Assembly: GCA_010093995.1 (NCBI GenBank)
Contig: ML992503.1
Location: 347,662-411,661 of the forward strand
Length of the DNA stretch: 64,000 nucleotides
Reading direction: 5' to 3'
From: Elsinoe ampelina
Taxonomy: Eukaryota
In this document: positions 24,243 through 36,604 of the stretch, piece after piece
Numbering within the stretch: position 1 is the stretch's first letter
How the letters are laid out: each line of letters begins with the position of its first letter
Notes under the pieces: model-generated
Databases searched by the model: none
What the model saw: only the letters and a program-made list of their open reading frames with translations
What the model was told of the DNA's origin: nothing
Position numbers and translations under genes: made by a program

Positions 24243-27200
24243 ATGTCAGACGTCCAGCTCTACCTTGTTGAAGCAGGCAAAAACAAGGATGAAGCTCGAA
24301 GAATCGCAGAAGAAACAGCTGCGAAGCTGGCGAGGAAGGAGATTCAATTGCTCACCCTGATTGAGAGCATTGGCGAGTACATCAACAACGAAGATACGAC
24401 ACTGCGGACCCAATCAATATCTTTCCTGGCCGATACCTTGGACTCTCTACCCTTGAGAATACTTTCACTTCAACAACGACTGCTCCTGACAGAGTTCATC
24501 CTGTCACGCATAGAAGATGACTCCGATGGCACACCACCATGTGCAAAGGCGCTCATGGCTCTGGAGAACATGGGCAAGTTTGATGCCGAAACGGTCAAGA
24601 AGATCATCTCTACCATAATCATCTCTACCCATCCTCTCAGACAATTCAAGCTGCAAGCGGAAAGATATGCCATTCTGCAACTGGTCGATCTGCTACTTGC
24701 AAAGTACCGCCAGCCCATCAATCAGCGAGCTGAGGGCGACTATGACTTTATCGCAAGTTTCACATCCTATTTCGAAGGCGAGAAGGACCCGAGAAATCTA
24801 ATGATTGTCTTCTCCATCGTCTTGGTTCCCATGTCAGAATGGCAGCTAGGCCCCAGCACTCAGGATATGTTCGATCTGATCTTCAACTATTTCCCAATCA
24901 CATTCAAGCCGCCTCCAGGCGACCCTTTCGGTATTACCGCGCAAGATCTGAAGGACCGCTTACGTGCATGCATAGCCTCGACCTCAGACTTTGCTCCGTA
25001 CTCCTTCCCAGCTCTGTTGGACAAGCTTGACTCAAGCTCTATGAACACCAAGCGAGACGTTCTCCAAGCTCTGATCTCATGCATAGCCCACTACGAACCA
25101 AGGACGATCTCGTTGTACTCTGTGACGTTATGGGATGCACTCAAGTACGAGATCCTGAATGTGCAAGAACAAGATCTGGCTGATAGCGCACTCGAAGCCC
25201 TGGTAACGATTGCTCAACAGCTACGTCTGGCGTCCGAAGGCGCCCTGACCGCTTACCTGAAGCCCATCATCAAGGAATGCAACGAGCACTTAGAAGACGC
25301 ACCTACGAAGCAGTCAGAAGCTGCTGGGAAGATCTTACATAGCGTGTCGAAAGCATCTCCCGAAGTGGCAGACTTTATCGTCAAAGGAGTCATCCCCTCC
25401 CTCTTGACAATCTTTCAAGCATCAGAGTCTATCGCAAAGCGCCGCGGTCTTGTCGAAGTACTCAACCGACTCCTTGCTGCTATCGACGGAGTTTCTGCCC
25501 ACTGGCAGACCAGGGACGAGAACGGCATCATCAAAATTGATCTGGCAACGACGCATGCTCTGCGAGCCTTCACTCCCGATTTGGTAAATCTCCTGCTCCA
25601 AGCAGTAGTGAGCGCTCCAAAATCAGAGGTGTCCTTCCGCTCATGCTCACTTCAAGGTCTTGAGCACATGCTTACCATCCGTCAACTTCTATCAGAAGCC
25701 GACACTGCTCAGATCTTGGAAGCATGCACAGACATTATCATACAAGAGTCGAGCACAGCTAGCGATGAGATCAAAGCAGGAGCAGTCAGCACAATCATTG
25801 CTGCCGCCCGTCAACAACCCAAAACAGCGACCGAGAAAGCATTGCCAGCTTTGGTGGCCCAGTTGCCCGACTCTCCTGAACCCGGCATCTTCACATACGA
25901 GCCTTCTCTGGAAGTGCTAGCGAAGCTGAGTGTGGAACCCGCATTGGCAGATACCATCATTGTGAGGTTGAAGAACAAGCTCAACACTGCGAAACGTCAA
26001 AATGCTCCGCGCTCTTACATTCTTGGACTGCTCACCTCCTTTCTATACGTTTTCACCAAAGGAACTCCATCCAAGGAGGATGGTGTCGTCCGGCTCGGCT
26101 ACTTCACCGACACCATCCTGCCGCAGTTGGAAGAGGCTATCGGATTTGCAACTGCAGAGAACCCTTTGCTGAGTAGTGAGATTTGCGTAGATATCATTGG
26201 AAGAATATCGGCAATCATCCTACGAGATCAGAGTCAACATTCACAGAACCAAGTGTTTGCGTCAATCTCGAGGATATTCGAGTCTTTGCAGGCGCAAACA
26301 GCAACCCCAGAAGCAGAGTCCCAGAACAAGCGTGGGTCCAGATTGGGCGTGATCGCTTCGCTCTATCTTCATGCTGCTTTCAGGTCGGCTGTGTACGAGG
26401 ATGAAGTGCCAAAAGATCTTTTGAAGGCACTCATAGCTGTTGTACTGGACAAGGACAGCACAAATCTAGTACATGCGTCAGCCCTTCGGCATGTGACTTT
26501 GGTTGTGAACAAATTCATCCCAGCGGCTTCCTTTCAAGCAGTAATCGACGAAATTAAGCCAGGCTTGCTCGATGTGAATGCCGTCAACACACCTCAAGAG
26601 ACGGAGCTTGCTTTTGCAGTCCTCAAAGGACTGGTCATTTCTGGCAAGAATGCCAAATCAGTATCACAGATACTTGGTAACCTTTTGGGCCTGCTCTCGT
26701 CGACCGAGCTCGGTAATATCGCTGCAATCGGTCTGGGTAGCTTGATGGCCCCTGATGAATTAATCGTCAAGGAGAATCACTGCAACGTATCGGGATTGTA
26801 CAAGCAACGGACATACAACCAATGTTACACTGCTATCACCGCAAGTACGAAGACGTCAGGCGTAGAGGTCAAGCAAAACTATCTGGTGGCTCTCTCTGGT
26901 GTACTGAAGAGCTTGCCTTACGAGATCGTGAAGCCTTCACTGTCTGCGATTGCACCACTTCTCCTACAATGTCTAGATCTGAAAGAATTTCTCCACCAGA
27001 GAGTCAAGCCGTCGGCGCTGGTCACCATTGAAGCGGTACTCCTACATGATCCGGACACTTTGAGCGAGCACGCAACGAGTCTCGTCAATCGATTATTGTC
27101 ATGTAGCGAAGCTTCTGTCAACCACGAAGAGGTACGGGCAGGCGCTCTGCGCTGTCTAAAACTGCTTCCAACACAGTTCAAGCGAGAGACTGTCATACCA

Positions 27201-27326
27201 CAAAGACGACTAGTCATTCGGAAGTTGCTGTCTCCATTGGACGACAAGAAACGATCTGTTCGGGCTGAAGCTGTCCGTTGTCGGAGTGCCTGGCTTGCAC
27301 TAGATCAGGAAGATGAGGACGGCTGA
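24243..27326 (+). CDS. MMS19: MMS19/Met18 HEAT-repeat cytosolic Fe-S assembly factor
   Basis: FEGEKDPRNLMIVF, FNYFPITFKPPPGDPFGIT, LWDALKYEI and C-terminal LDDKKRSVRAEAVRCRSAW; ATG at 24243. Confidence 0.93.
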   Translation: MSDVQLYLVEAGKNKDEARRIAEETAAKLARKEIQLLTLIESIGEYINNEDTTLRTQSISFLADTLDSLPLRILSLQQRLLLTEFILSRIEDDSDGTPPCAKALMALENMGKFDAETVKKIISTIIISTHPLRQFKLQAERYAILQLVDLLLAKYRQPINQRAEGDYDFIASFTSYFEGEKDPRNLMIVFSIVLVPMSEWQLGPSTQDMFDLIFNYFPITFKPPPGDPFGITAQDLKDRLRACIASTSDFAPYSFPALLDKLDSSSMNTKRDVLQALISCIAHYEPRTISLYSVTLWDALKYEILNVQEQDLADSALEALVTIAQQLRLASEGALTAYLKPIIKECNEHLEDAPTKQSEAAGKILHSVSKASPEVADFIVKGVIPSLLTIFQASESIAKRRGLVEVLNRLLAAIDGVSAHWQTRDENGIIKIDLATTHALRAFTPDLVNLLLQAVVSAPKSEVSFRSCSLQGLEHMLTIRQLLSEADTAQILEACTDIIIQESSTASDEIKAGAVSTIIAAARQQPKTATEKALPALVAQLPDSPEPGIFTYEPSLEVLAKLSVEPALADTIIVRLKNKLNTAKRQNAPRSYILGLLTSFLYVFTKGTPSKEDGVVRLGYFTDTILPQLEEAIGFATAENPLLSSEICVDIIGRISAIILRDQSQHSQNQVFASISRIFESLQAQTATPEAESQNKRGSRLGVIASLYLHAAFRSAVYEDEVPKDLLKALIAVVLDKDSTNLVHASALRHVTLVVNKFIPAASFQAVIDEIKPGLLDVNAVNTPQETELAFAVLKGLVISGKNAKSVSQILGNLLGLLSSTELGNIAAIGLGSLMAPDELIVKENHCNVSGLYKQRTYNQCYTAITASTKTSGVEVKQNYLVALSGVLKSLPYEIVKPSLSAIAPLLLQCLDLKEFLHQRVKPSALVTIEAVLLHDPDTLSEHATSLVNRLLSCSEASVNHEEVRAGALRCLKLLPTQFKRETVIPQRRLVIRKLLSPLDDKKRSVRAEAVRCRSAWLALDQEDEDG

Positions 27327-27903
27327 TAATCGATTGCAACACGAAGAGCTAGTGGAACCCACAGCGAGGCAGACCCGGTGCATGAGCTTCAAGACAAATG
27401 TATGCTCAGCCAATGAGGAGGCGTTACAAGCAGGCTACGTTGGAATAAGATAGTAGGGCTCCACCGCATGCCAACAAGACTTGAAGTCAAATCGCCTATT
27501 CGGAAAGGCTAAATATCTGTCCTACCTATGTCGCTAACAAGAAAGTTGGAGACCGAAACGGCTCCCCCGGAGCTTCACAATGTCACTTCACTAGAAGGTT
27601 GTCACTAATAGCAACCAAGGTACCTTGCTTTTTATCTCCCCGCTTCCAATACTGGTTGAATTTGTTGTGTGTGCGTTGCTCTCAACAAGTAGGTCGCGGT
27701 ATGTATGTTCATTGTTTCATTCATGCAGAGTGCTTTCGAAGGCACCGCTCATACCAACCGACATCTATCTCTTCGGACGACTGCAGGCAACTTGTATCCA
27801 TCCTTCCGGATTCTCATTGTTGTATGACATGATGTAAGTCATCATTCAGGCCGACGCTACAGCTCGTATCGCCTGACAAGACCCAGTGACAGACCCTCCG
27901 GTG

Positions 27904-29795
27904 ATGCCTGAGGCTAGCCCATCAGTGGCATGGGCACAACACGACGACGTCGAGAGGAGGAGCATCTTTGCAGGGCTTCGAAAGTTCTTCAGACAAAGCA
28001 AGAAGACTCCGCCGCAGAAAGTCCCAGCACGAATCAGGTACACCCCCAAGTACGCCTACCGAGATGCTGTCCGATCGTTCCGCCCTCCACCACCTGTGAT
28101 ACCGAGAGATCTGCGTTGCCTTGACAGTAACTTTACCATGGACCGTCTGGCTCCAAGAGCTTTGGGAGGACTCCTCGATGATGATTGGCCATCTTCCGAT
28201 TCTGCTTACACCTATAAGGATGAAAAACCCCAGACCACGAGCAAGGGCAAAGGTAAAGAGAAGGCTGTGTTTACTGGACTCGCTCGCAGTCGGAGTAGCG
28301 CCTCCGACCATCTTGGAGCACCACTAAACGCCAACATGAGTCTGGCCACTTCTCGTATGCCGATCTACCAGAATCCATATGCTGCTTCCACCGGCAGCGA
28401 CAGTGCCCTATACAAGACTGTTCGCCTAGCTGATGGTCTGGATTATCCTTCACCAGCAGCTCATGCTAGGTGGTTCCGTGGCGACAATGACGTGATAGAT
28501 ACGGGTGTGCCAATCTCAAATAAGCAGCCTGATGCGGAAAGCACTTCACGAGACCGACCCGGCATGCCACGGCTCCGCTCTTGGGAGCTTGCTGCTACCG
28601 GCAGTGGTAGTATGGGCAGGCAGAGACGAGCCTTCCTGCATCGCACGCACTCATGCTCAGATGTCCCTCGAGTAGGCACTTCAGCATCCCCCGGTGTTTA
28701 TCTTGCTGCACAGCGCCATGCTTTAATCGATCGGGATCAGATATACTGGCGACAAGGGAACGTGCCGCATGTTCTGCAAAGATCTCATTCTATGCACAGG
28801 AGAGGTGTCTCACAGAGAGCTGGTTGGTCCAGCCGTATCAGCACTTTGCGAACCACTGCTAATATTTACAAGAATCCTCATCTTCCTCATCTTCTTCCAC
28901 GACAGCCCCATACCCATCCTCGAACAACTCGTCCTACCAGAAGTTGCACACCATCAAGCATAGCGGTCGACCAGATAGCTTTGACCGCGGAAGTGAGTCC
29001 GGTTCAAGCCAGGATGAGTCTCAGCCGTCTTCAGCCTCGCAAGCCTCTGTCGCCCGAGCCACGATCCATGAAGATTCTGAGGGTGAGGCGAAGGCTGAAG
29101 CGGACCAATCAAGCAAAGCATCGGCCACAGATGCCACCAAGCGCATGACCACACCGCTGGAGAACACGGTGATTGACCAGGCGGGAGCTTTCTTAAAAGG
29201 TGCCGCAGAGACAGAAACTGTGAAAACACCTCAGCGACCCCACCTAGCATCAGTCCAGACTCATCTCGACGACGACGCGGCCATGCCAGCTCCCAGTTCT
29301 CCCACGAAAACTTTGGACCCAGTCCGCTCATCGCCACTGAAGACGCCAACATCCTCCAAGTTCAAAGAGGAATTTGAGGACATTGACATCAAGACTCGGC
29401 GCACATCATTTCCTGACGTGGGTGAAATCGTCTCCTCTCCGATCAGTCTGCGAGGAAGCATCGAGGTTGATAGGCTGGGGCGAATGAGCCATGGACGGAA
29501 CTATGAAGCGGGCTCTGACAACGACGAGACACTCGACGGATATGACATGGATGAGCGACAGACGATACTCGAGAACCACGGAGATATCTCCGGAACGATA
29601 TTGGCTGACCTTACAGATGTCGCTCGTCTTCGTGGCGAAGATGTCAGGGCAGCGGACGAGGGCGACCTTGGAAAACACGATGAAGTCGCCGAAGGCGATA
29701 GAAAGGACGAAGATGCCCCTGGACATAAGAGAGTCGATTCTGCGCAGAACCCGGCGGAGTCAACTGAGTACGGAGAGTCATCAGCTCGTGAATAG
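27904..29795 (+). CDS. Hypothetical low-complexity protein, 2 exons
   Basis: ORFs 27886-29148 and 28944-29795 join in frame through a phase-1 intron 28823-28872 (GTTGGT...GCTAAT...AAG); no known domain. Confidence 0.6.
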
Positions 29796-29945
29796 TGTCA
29801 CCTCATTTCGAGCGTTCATCATGATGCGTTTCTTGTGTGCCTCTATCCCGCCCGTTCTCGCTATGCTGCATAATCTCACTCGTCAACGCCACAAGCGATG
29901 GATGCTTTACTAGAGGACAGACCAGTTCCTCTCGACTTACGCTCT

Positions 29946-31172
29946 TTACTTCGTCTCCTGCGTCTGTACTGCCGCCTTCATTGCCTCATTCCAGCTCTGT
30001 AAGCTGTTTCTGAGCTCATCTACCAGACCTGGATCTGCATCCTCATGATCCGCATCCAATTCCCATGCGATCCAGTCTTCAGGTCGCGCTCCATCTTCAC
30101 TTCTCAAAAGACCCGCCGCGATCTTAACCACGCCTGGCCGCTTCCTTTCTACCAGTAGAATCCTGGCACCGCACTTCTCACATCGATATCTCTCAACTCC
30201 AGGAGCAGGCCTGTACAGCTGTACAGGATCCCGGCTCGTGATGTCTCGATCCGCCAGCTTCACTCCCTCCAACCACTTTGCCGCTTCTCCATCCCCACGG
30301 AGCTGACTCCAAGGTACCACAACCCAGGCTTCAATCTCGAAGCCGCTACACCTTCTCGCCTGCTCCCCCAAATCCAACACGCCCTTGAATCTTCCCTCCT
30401 CTTCTTGCAACCTGATTCCAAATCTATCATGCTTCAATTCCTCCTGCAGCAAACATCCCCTGACATCTCCACAAGCACATGCCCAGTCGAATTTTCCCTT
30501 CCAAAAGCCTGCCTGTCTCCTCAGCTCCGCCCTCTTCCTTGCCGTCTCGAGCATCTCACTCCTCCGTTCCTTCCCCACCGACCCAGAGCAATGACGTGCC
30601 TCCTCGCCTTGCAGTCCATGCGACCCCAGCCCCGCTCCACCACCCCCCGTAAGCTCCAAACCAAGACCCTCCCCCACCCTCCCCACCACTCTATCCCCTC
30701 CAATATCTCCCTCTACCTTCCCTTTCCTTGCCACCCGGACGAGCCCAGACCCGACCAGCCACCTCCCTCCGCGCATCAACAACACACTCGCCCCACATCC
30801 AGGACAGGCATACATCACCCCCTCTCCCTCTCCCTCCCTCCTGACCAGTCTGTTCAGCAGCCCCTCAGGCGGCCGTCCAGCTGTCGAGGATGTCCCCACG
30901 CCAGGACAGCCATTGGAGAGCTCGATCCAGGTTGAACATAGAGAGGAGATGGACTGCAGACCTAGATTACCGCTGCCGAGGGAGGCGGAGAGAGGGGTGG
31001 AGAGAGGGGTGGAGGGAGATTTGGAGGGGGAGAAGGCGGGGTCCAGAGGCAGGATGTGGTCGACGAGGGTGCAGGAGCAGGTGATGTGGAGGGAGGGGCC
31101 TGGTGGGGGTGTGAGGGGGGAGGAAGGTGGGGAGCCGGAAGGAGATGGGGATGGGGAGAGGTATGGGGACAT
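29946..31172 (-). CDS. Tandem GFA/Mss4-like (CENP-V-type) protein with degenerate Zn ligands
   Basis: HITCSC...YACPGCGASV and WACACGDV...SGFEIEAWVVVP...RYRCEKCGARI...VKIAAGLL...GARPEDW resemble fungal tandem GFA proteins. Confidence 0.7.
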   Translation of the reverse strand: MSPYLSPSPSPSGSPPSSPLTPPPGPSLHITCSCTLVDHILPLDPAFSPSKSPSTPLSTPLSASLGSGNLGLQSISSLCSTWIELSNGCPGVGTSSTAGRPPEGLLNRLVRREGEGEGVMYACPGCGASVLLMRGGRWLVGSGLVRVARKGKVEGDIGGDRVVGRVGEGLGLELTGGGGAGLGSHGLQGEEARHCSGSVGKERRSEMLETARKRAELRRQAGFWKGKFDWACACGDVRGCLLQEELKHDRFGIRLQEEEGRFKGVLDLGEQARRCSGFEIEAWVVVPWSQLRGDGEAAKWLEGVKLADRDITSRDPVQLYRPAPGVERYRCEKCGARILLVERKRPGVVKIAAGLLRSEDGARPEDWIAWELDADHEDADPGLVDELRNSLQSWNEAMKAAVQTQETK

Positions 31173-31867
31173 TGCCTTGCCGGGAAGGGATGAGGGAGTG
31201 GGTAGGACGATATGTAGGTTAAGATCAGGGTGGGTCCGGGATGTGGGGAGGGAGGTGGTGGAGATGTGAACATGAGCAAACAAATGAAAGACGTATTATT
31301 GTAAATATGTAGGGAAGAAATAGAGCTGAGGGATATACCTTGAGGTCACACGAGGTGGCTGGAGGAGTGCATGATCTGATAAGATAGGTGAAAGTATGCT
31401 TTAACCTTGATTGCTTGCGATGCAGAAGCCCTATTTACTGACCAGTACTTGGGCGATCACCAGATTAAACGAGGTAGTGTCGCCGGAAGGCTCGCAAGCC
31501 GTTCCGAGGTTTGACTAGGTGAGAAGAAAGTCGTTGTGATGCCGCTCCGAGCTCAGCTCGAGCCGCCATGCATGATAGGAGAGCAATGAGGGGTTTCTCG
31601 GTGTGAGGGCCTCAATTCAGGCAGCCATCACGACAAATTCGTCTGAATGCCCAAAAGATGTCCTAGAGCATTTCTTAGCTATCACTGGGCAAAGTAGACA
31701 TGTGGTCAGCGTTGTGCGTCACTATCGCCACCGGCGTTGCTGTCGCGCTGCCACAACAAGCTGAGGTCCAACACCCTCTTCGAGATGAGCTTCAAGCTTT
31801 CATCACATCCAAGAGGGAGGGTCAAACAAGAGCGATCAATGCGTAAGTCGCCCCCTCCCCCCCCTCC

Positions 31868-32265
31868 ATCATCCCCTCCGTAATCGACCCCTTCACCCCC
31901 TTCCTCAACATCACCGCCCACTGACCCACCACCACCTCCCAACTCGGCAACCTCGTCCCCCGCTCCCTGCTCGAATCCGAACCCATCCTCACCGCCATCG
32001 ACTTCGACGACTTCCCCAACCCGCACTACCAGGGACCGCATGGGTTTAGGACAAGAAACTCGACGTCCTCCCGTACAAACCCCCCCTCCCCTCCCCTCCC
32101 CCCGGCACCGGGCCGCACAGGTACGTCCTCCTCGCGTTCCTCCCTGCCAATAGCACGGGGGAGGAAGCGGTGGGGACATGAGAGCCCGAGCGCCGGGGCG
32201 AAGTTGTGGGCCGTGGAGATGGGGTTGAGGTGTGTCGGGGGGGATTTTGTGTATTCTTCTGCTGA
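31868..32265 (+). pseudogene. PEBP (Tfs1/carboxypeptidase Y inhibitor-like) pseudogene
   Basis: IIPSVIDPFTPFLNITAH*PTTTSQLGNLV (TGA at 31922); after a frameshift YKPPLPSPPPGTGPHRYVLLAF; after another RKRWGHE...AKLWAVEMGLRCVGGDFVY. The central DPDAP segment is not seen. Confidence 0.75.
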
Positions 32266-32862
32266 CGAGGGGGGTGGGAGGGGGATGAGGGGGGAGGAGA
32301 GAGGAGGATGTTGGAGGGAGGAAGAGAGGGAGGGACGGGCAAATGCAGAACGAGCATCCGCTTGGCTAGCAAGGATGGACGGAGATAAAGGGAGGGGCGA
32401 ACAGAGCAAGAAGCGAATCACATCTCATTCCCCTTCCCCCCTTCCCCTGGCACGCCCGCCTCGTTCCCTACACGGGATAAAAGCAAGCGGCCGAGGTCAG
32501 AAAAAGTAGCGTCTTTGAATCGTAGTCGAGTACCCAAATGATTCCCCCTTTCGCCCCGGCAATGTGCCTGAACGGGTGACATGTACCTGCCAAAACGCCC
32601 GCCCAAAAAAAAACCCTGATAGGGTCCGGCGCAAATATTCGTGATTCTCATGGACATCCTTTCCCTCTCAGCCCCCTTGGGTCCGTCCTCCCTCGGAGCG
32701 GAGCGGTGACGTCTCGGGTTGACTCGCTTGTGCCTGCGTGGCGTGACGTCTCCATGGCGCTCATGCTGAGCCTCTCGCGGCATCGACGAGCCTCCAGTCT
32801 GGACTTCCGCCATGTTGCCTGCCCCTGCTTCAACACATACACAACTCAACCGATATATTAGA

Positions 32863-35800
32863 TCAAGTCACTACCCCTGCCCCCCTCCCCGCCCCTTGCT
32901 GCTGCTGCTGCCCCATCCCCCGCCTCAAACTCTCCCTGCTCTCATTCCCGTGCTGCCCGAACCCGTTCCATCCCCCCTCGCCACCATCCTGGACATGCCT
33001 CACCGAGCTCTCATTCCGCCACGCCTCGCCCAGTCCCTCGTCGCGATCCACCCTCGTCGCGACAGGGGTGATGGTCGAGCGACCATTCGTGTCCCGACTG
33101 CCCGGTTGGTGCGACTGTCCGCCGTTGCCGCCTGGGGAAGGCCCTTCGAAGGTCGTGCCGCCTGGTTGCGGGGCGGTGGAGTTGTGGATCACCGGGGCGC
33201 GGGCGCGGTCGCCGTAGCGTTTGAGGATTTCTTTGGTGGTGATGTCGGCGGAGGAGGAGAAGAGGGACGAGTCGTTGAGGATGAGGGAGAGGTCTTCTGG
33301 GATCTACGGGACGGGGTTAGCAAGAAACGAAGGAAGGAAGAGGGGACGGCTGGCGTACCTCGCACATGGCTTCGTTGTGGTAGATGAGGTCGTGCACGGC
33401 TTCGATGGCGAGGAAGGAGTCGTTGACGTTGGTGTCGATAATGGGACCGGTCTTGGGCCCATCGTTGAGGTAGAGGATATTTGGCGTCATGACCGTGGCG
33501 AGGTTATGAATGTCCATCTTTGAGCCGGATTCTTCGTCCACATGCGAGAAGCTGGACACCCAATTCAAGAAATTGAACAGCACTTCCATGGTGTCGCGGT
33601 GTGATTTGGGAAGCAGGCAGCACGTGAGATGCAGTACCCGACGGCGCTTCTCTTCATCGGCGATTTCTAGCAATGTCAGCTTTCTTCTCTCCTCTCTCTG
33701 TCGCATACACATACTCGTCGAAGTGATCCACAGCCTCTGCAGCTTAAACGTCAACAGCGGATCAGGCAAGTCCCTAAAGAACTTCTTGAGCATGTTCGCC
33801 ACCTGCACGGGGTTCTCCTTGGTCAGATCGACCTTTTCTGTTCCAACAGTGTCAATCTCCTCTTTGAGATCGTTGAGTCGCTTGATGTTGCCATTCTTTC
33901 GGAAGACACCCTCGATACTCATATCCATGGTTCTCATTGCGCTGATAGCGTCTTGAACCACGGCCGGTATCCGCAGAGCGCCTGGACCTACGCCATCTGT
34001 CGACTCGGCATAATCTCTCTCGATGAGCTGTTCCAGCGCAACGCCAAAAACGCCCTTCTTCTTGCCCTTAGGCTTGTTGTCTTTCTTCGCAAATGCGCTG
34101 CCGAACTTCTCCCAGAAAGTAGGTCGCTTTGTCTCGATGAGATCCAGTAGCTGCTCCTGATTGAAGTGACCTTCCAATAAGGGCTCCAACGACAATACCG
34201 CTACGTGTCGAACGATAAAGTACTCCAGCGCAGACAGCTCGGAGAAGTATTTCTTTGACCTGCCACCCTCAACTGGATGTTGCTTCTCCTCAAGCGGACC
34301 AGAAGCACTCCTCGTGTGACCATTGACCAGCTTCACCTTTGGCTCTTGCGGTATCATATTCTGTCGCGCAAATCTCGAAGCATTCGGTCGTTGCTCTCGC
34401 GTCTGCTGTGCCTGTACAAGCCGAGGAATGTCATCCAGCGTCATACCATCACCACCATTAAAGTTGAGGGACGAGATCGGGTCTCCATTCGAATCCACGT
34501 CGTCCACGATTTGGAAAGCGCCCGTCCTGCGCCGTTCAAGCTTATCCGGTGAACCAGGCGACATTGCGTCCGGCGCATCGATGATCCGTGACGTTCTGGC
34601 TTTTCGATTCGTGTTCGACAACTGCTTATCCATCCTTGTCGAACGAAGTCGCTTGATATCTCCAAGTGCTTGCTCATAAGATTGAGACTGTTGGTCCGAG
34701 GGAGAAGAGCCAGTGTAGGATTTCGATCTTGTATTTTGCAGCAACCTTGGGGAGAGTTTGCCGTCCGGAGCAACTCTATGTCCTTGTTGCGAATCATAAT
34801 CCGACAGGTTCGGGTCGTCCGAAGTATGGGGGAGGGATCCACTTGTCCTCAGCGTCGAGAGCAATCTCGCATGGGACACTCGCAATAAGTGCACATATTG
34901 CTGTAAGCGAGTGATTTCTGTAAACCCACTTTCGTCGACGCTGCTGCCATGTCGTTCGCAGAAGATAACTCGTGATGATTGATTCCAGCGTGCGGCGAGC
35001 GGAGCGCCGACCATCGATTTGTCGCATTTGGCGCACTTGAAGCATCCAGCATGCACCATCCGTTCTTGCTTTCTGTAACACTTGTCCTCGCAGGCCTTGT
35101 CGCAAACAGCACAGAGATCGGCAGATCGTTCACCTAGACTCTCAAAGTCCGACCGTGAGTCTCGGCCATGCTCCAGCTCAAGTCGCTCTTCCAGCTGGCC
35201 AATGTCTTCCAGGAATTTGGTAAGACCTTCAGGAGTGCCAGTTTCTCGTTCCAGCTTCAATGCTCCTTGCAGACAAATCCGGATCAGCAGTTTGAGGTAG
35301 TGTGCAAGTCCAGTGACAAGTGAGAGTAGCTCCTGCGTCACGCCCAGTCGTCTAACACCGGTCTCCTGTGATTCAGCAAGCAGTTGGAAGAATGCCACGA
35401 CCTTCTTGCACAACAGCTTTGCTTCTCTCGAGTATGACAGACCTGTCACAGTCAGCGTATCCGGCCAAAGCTGCGCACGGCCGGACGAACCCTTTTGTGT
35501 ACGCTGGACGAGCGTTTCGTCGAGCTCATCTGCTGCGCCAAAGAGGACGTCGACATGTGTGATGAACTTCTTCGCACTCATGACGCCGTCGACATAGGCG
35601 CCGTTGCTGACGTGTAAGAGCATGTCGCTGATACATGTCGCGCTCTTCTCTTCGAAAGCGCTGAGTGTCCGCCATATCCAGAGGACCTTCTCTTCGACCT
35701 TTTCTTCTCCATCTCTTACGACCTTTCGCATCTCATCTGTGGCTTCGGCTTCGCTCAGTGCCCGATCTTCAGGCTCTATCGTCGCTTGTCCCTGATGAAG

Positions 35801-36604
35801 TCGGACATTCCAGTACTTGTGGATCATGTAACATTCAGGGTGCCAGTGCTGATTCTGGCCATTCCGAAAAATCTCGACGAATTGCTTGAGGATCGCTGTC
35901 TGGCATCCGTTACACCGTTGTGCGAATCTTGTACTGTAGTGATAGTGGCAGTAGACATTTCCTTCATGCTCGTAATAGGAGTCTTGTGCCCCAAAGACCG
36001 TCGGGCATACGCTGCAGGTGAAATGCTCGATGTGGTACTTTCGATCCAGCGCTGTAATGTATGAGCCTCGGAGCGCGCCTCCACAGGAGAAGCAAAGCAA
36101 GTCTAGTCGTCTAAAGTAGTCGGTCTCGCAGAGAGGGTACTGGTTCGGTCCTGACTCTGGCACGGGGAAGAATTTCGATGCTACAATCTTGCCGCAATCC
36201 TAGATGCTTGTCAGCTTCTGCGGTAGGGACATACCGATGCAACCGACCTGGCATGTAAAGCACTCGAGATGATATGTATCGCCCAAAGCCCTCACAAATT
36301 GGCCCAGTAATTGCTTCTGACACTTCCCACAGATCCTAGATTGCCCGCTTGGTCTGGATCTGTGTGTACGTTCTCTTGTCGGCGATGTGGCAGCTCCTGC
36401 ATCATCCCTGCTCGGCCGCCGATTGCCTCCATTCGGTCGTTGCGGTGTGTCATAGCTTTGTTGTCGCCTGTGTCTTTCGCCATTCGCCGCACCATTCGCC
36501 TGCACGGGCGGGTATGTCAGTGACCGATCCGGTGCGCCATCTTGATGTGATCGAATAGGCAAGCTCTGTTTGTCGGAAGGGTGATCCATGGTCGTCACTC
36601 CCAT
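32863..36604 (-). CDS. LRG1: LIM-domain Rho GTPase-activating protein Lrg1
   Basis: LIM motifs (CGKC...YHLECFTC; CFSC...YHIEHFTCSVC; CNGC...WHPECYM) and RhoGAP EGVFRKNG...LKKFFRDLPDPLL...KMDIHNLATVMTPNIL; introns 36200-36247, 35443-35490, 33667-33714 and about 33305-33358; start may be 36589. Confidence 0.93.
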
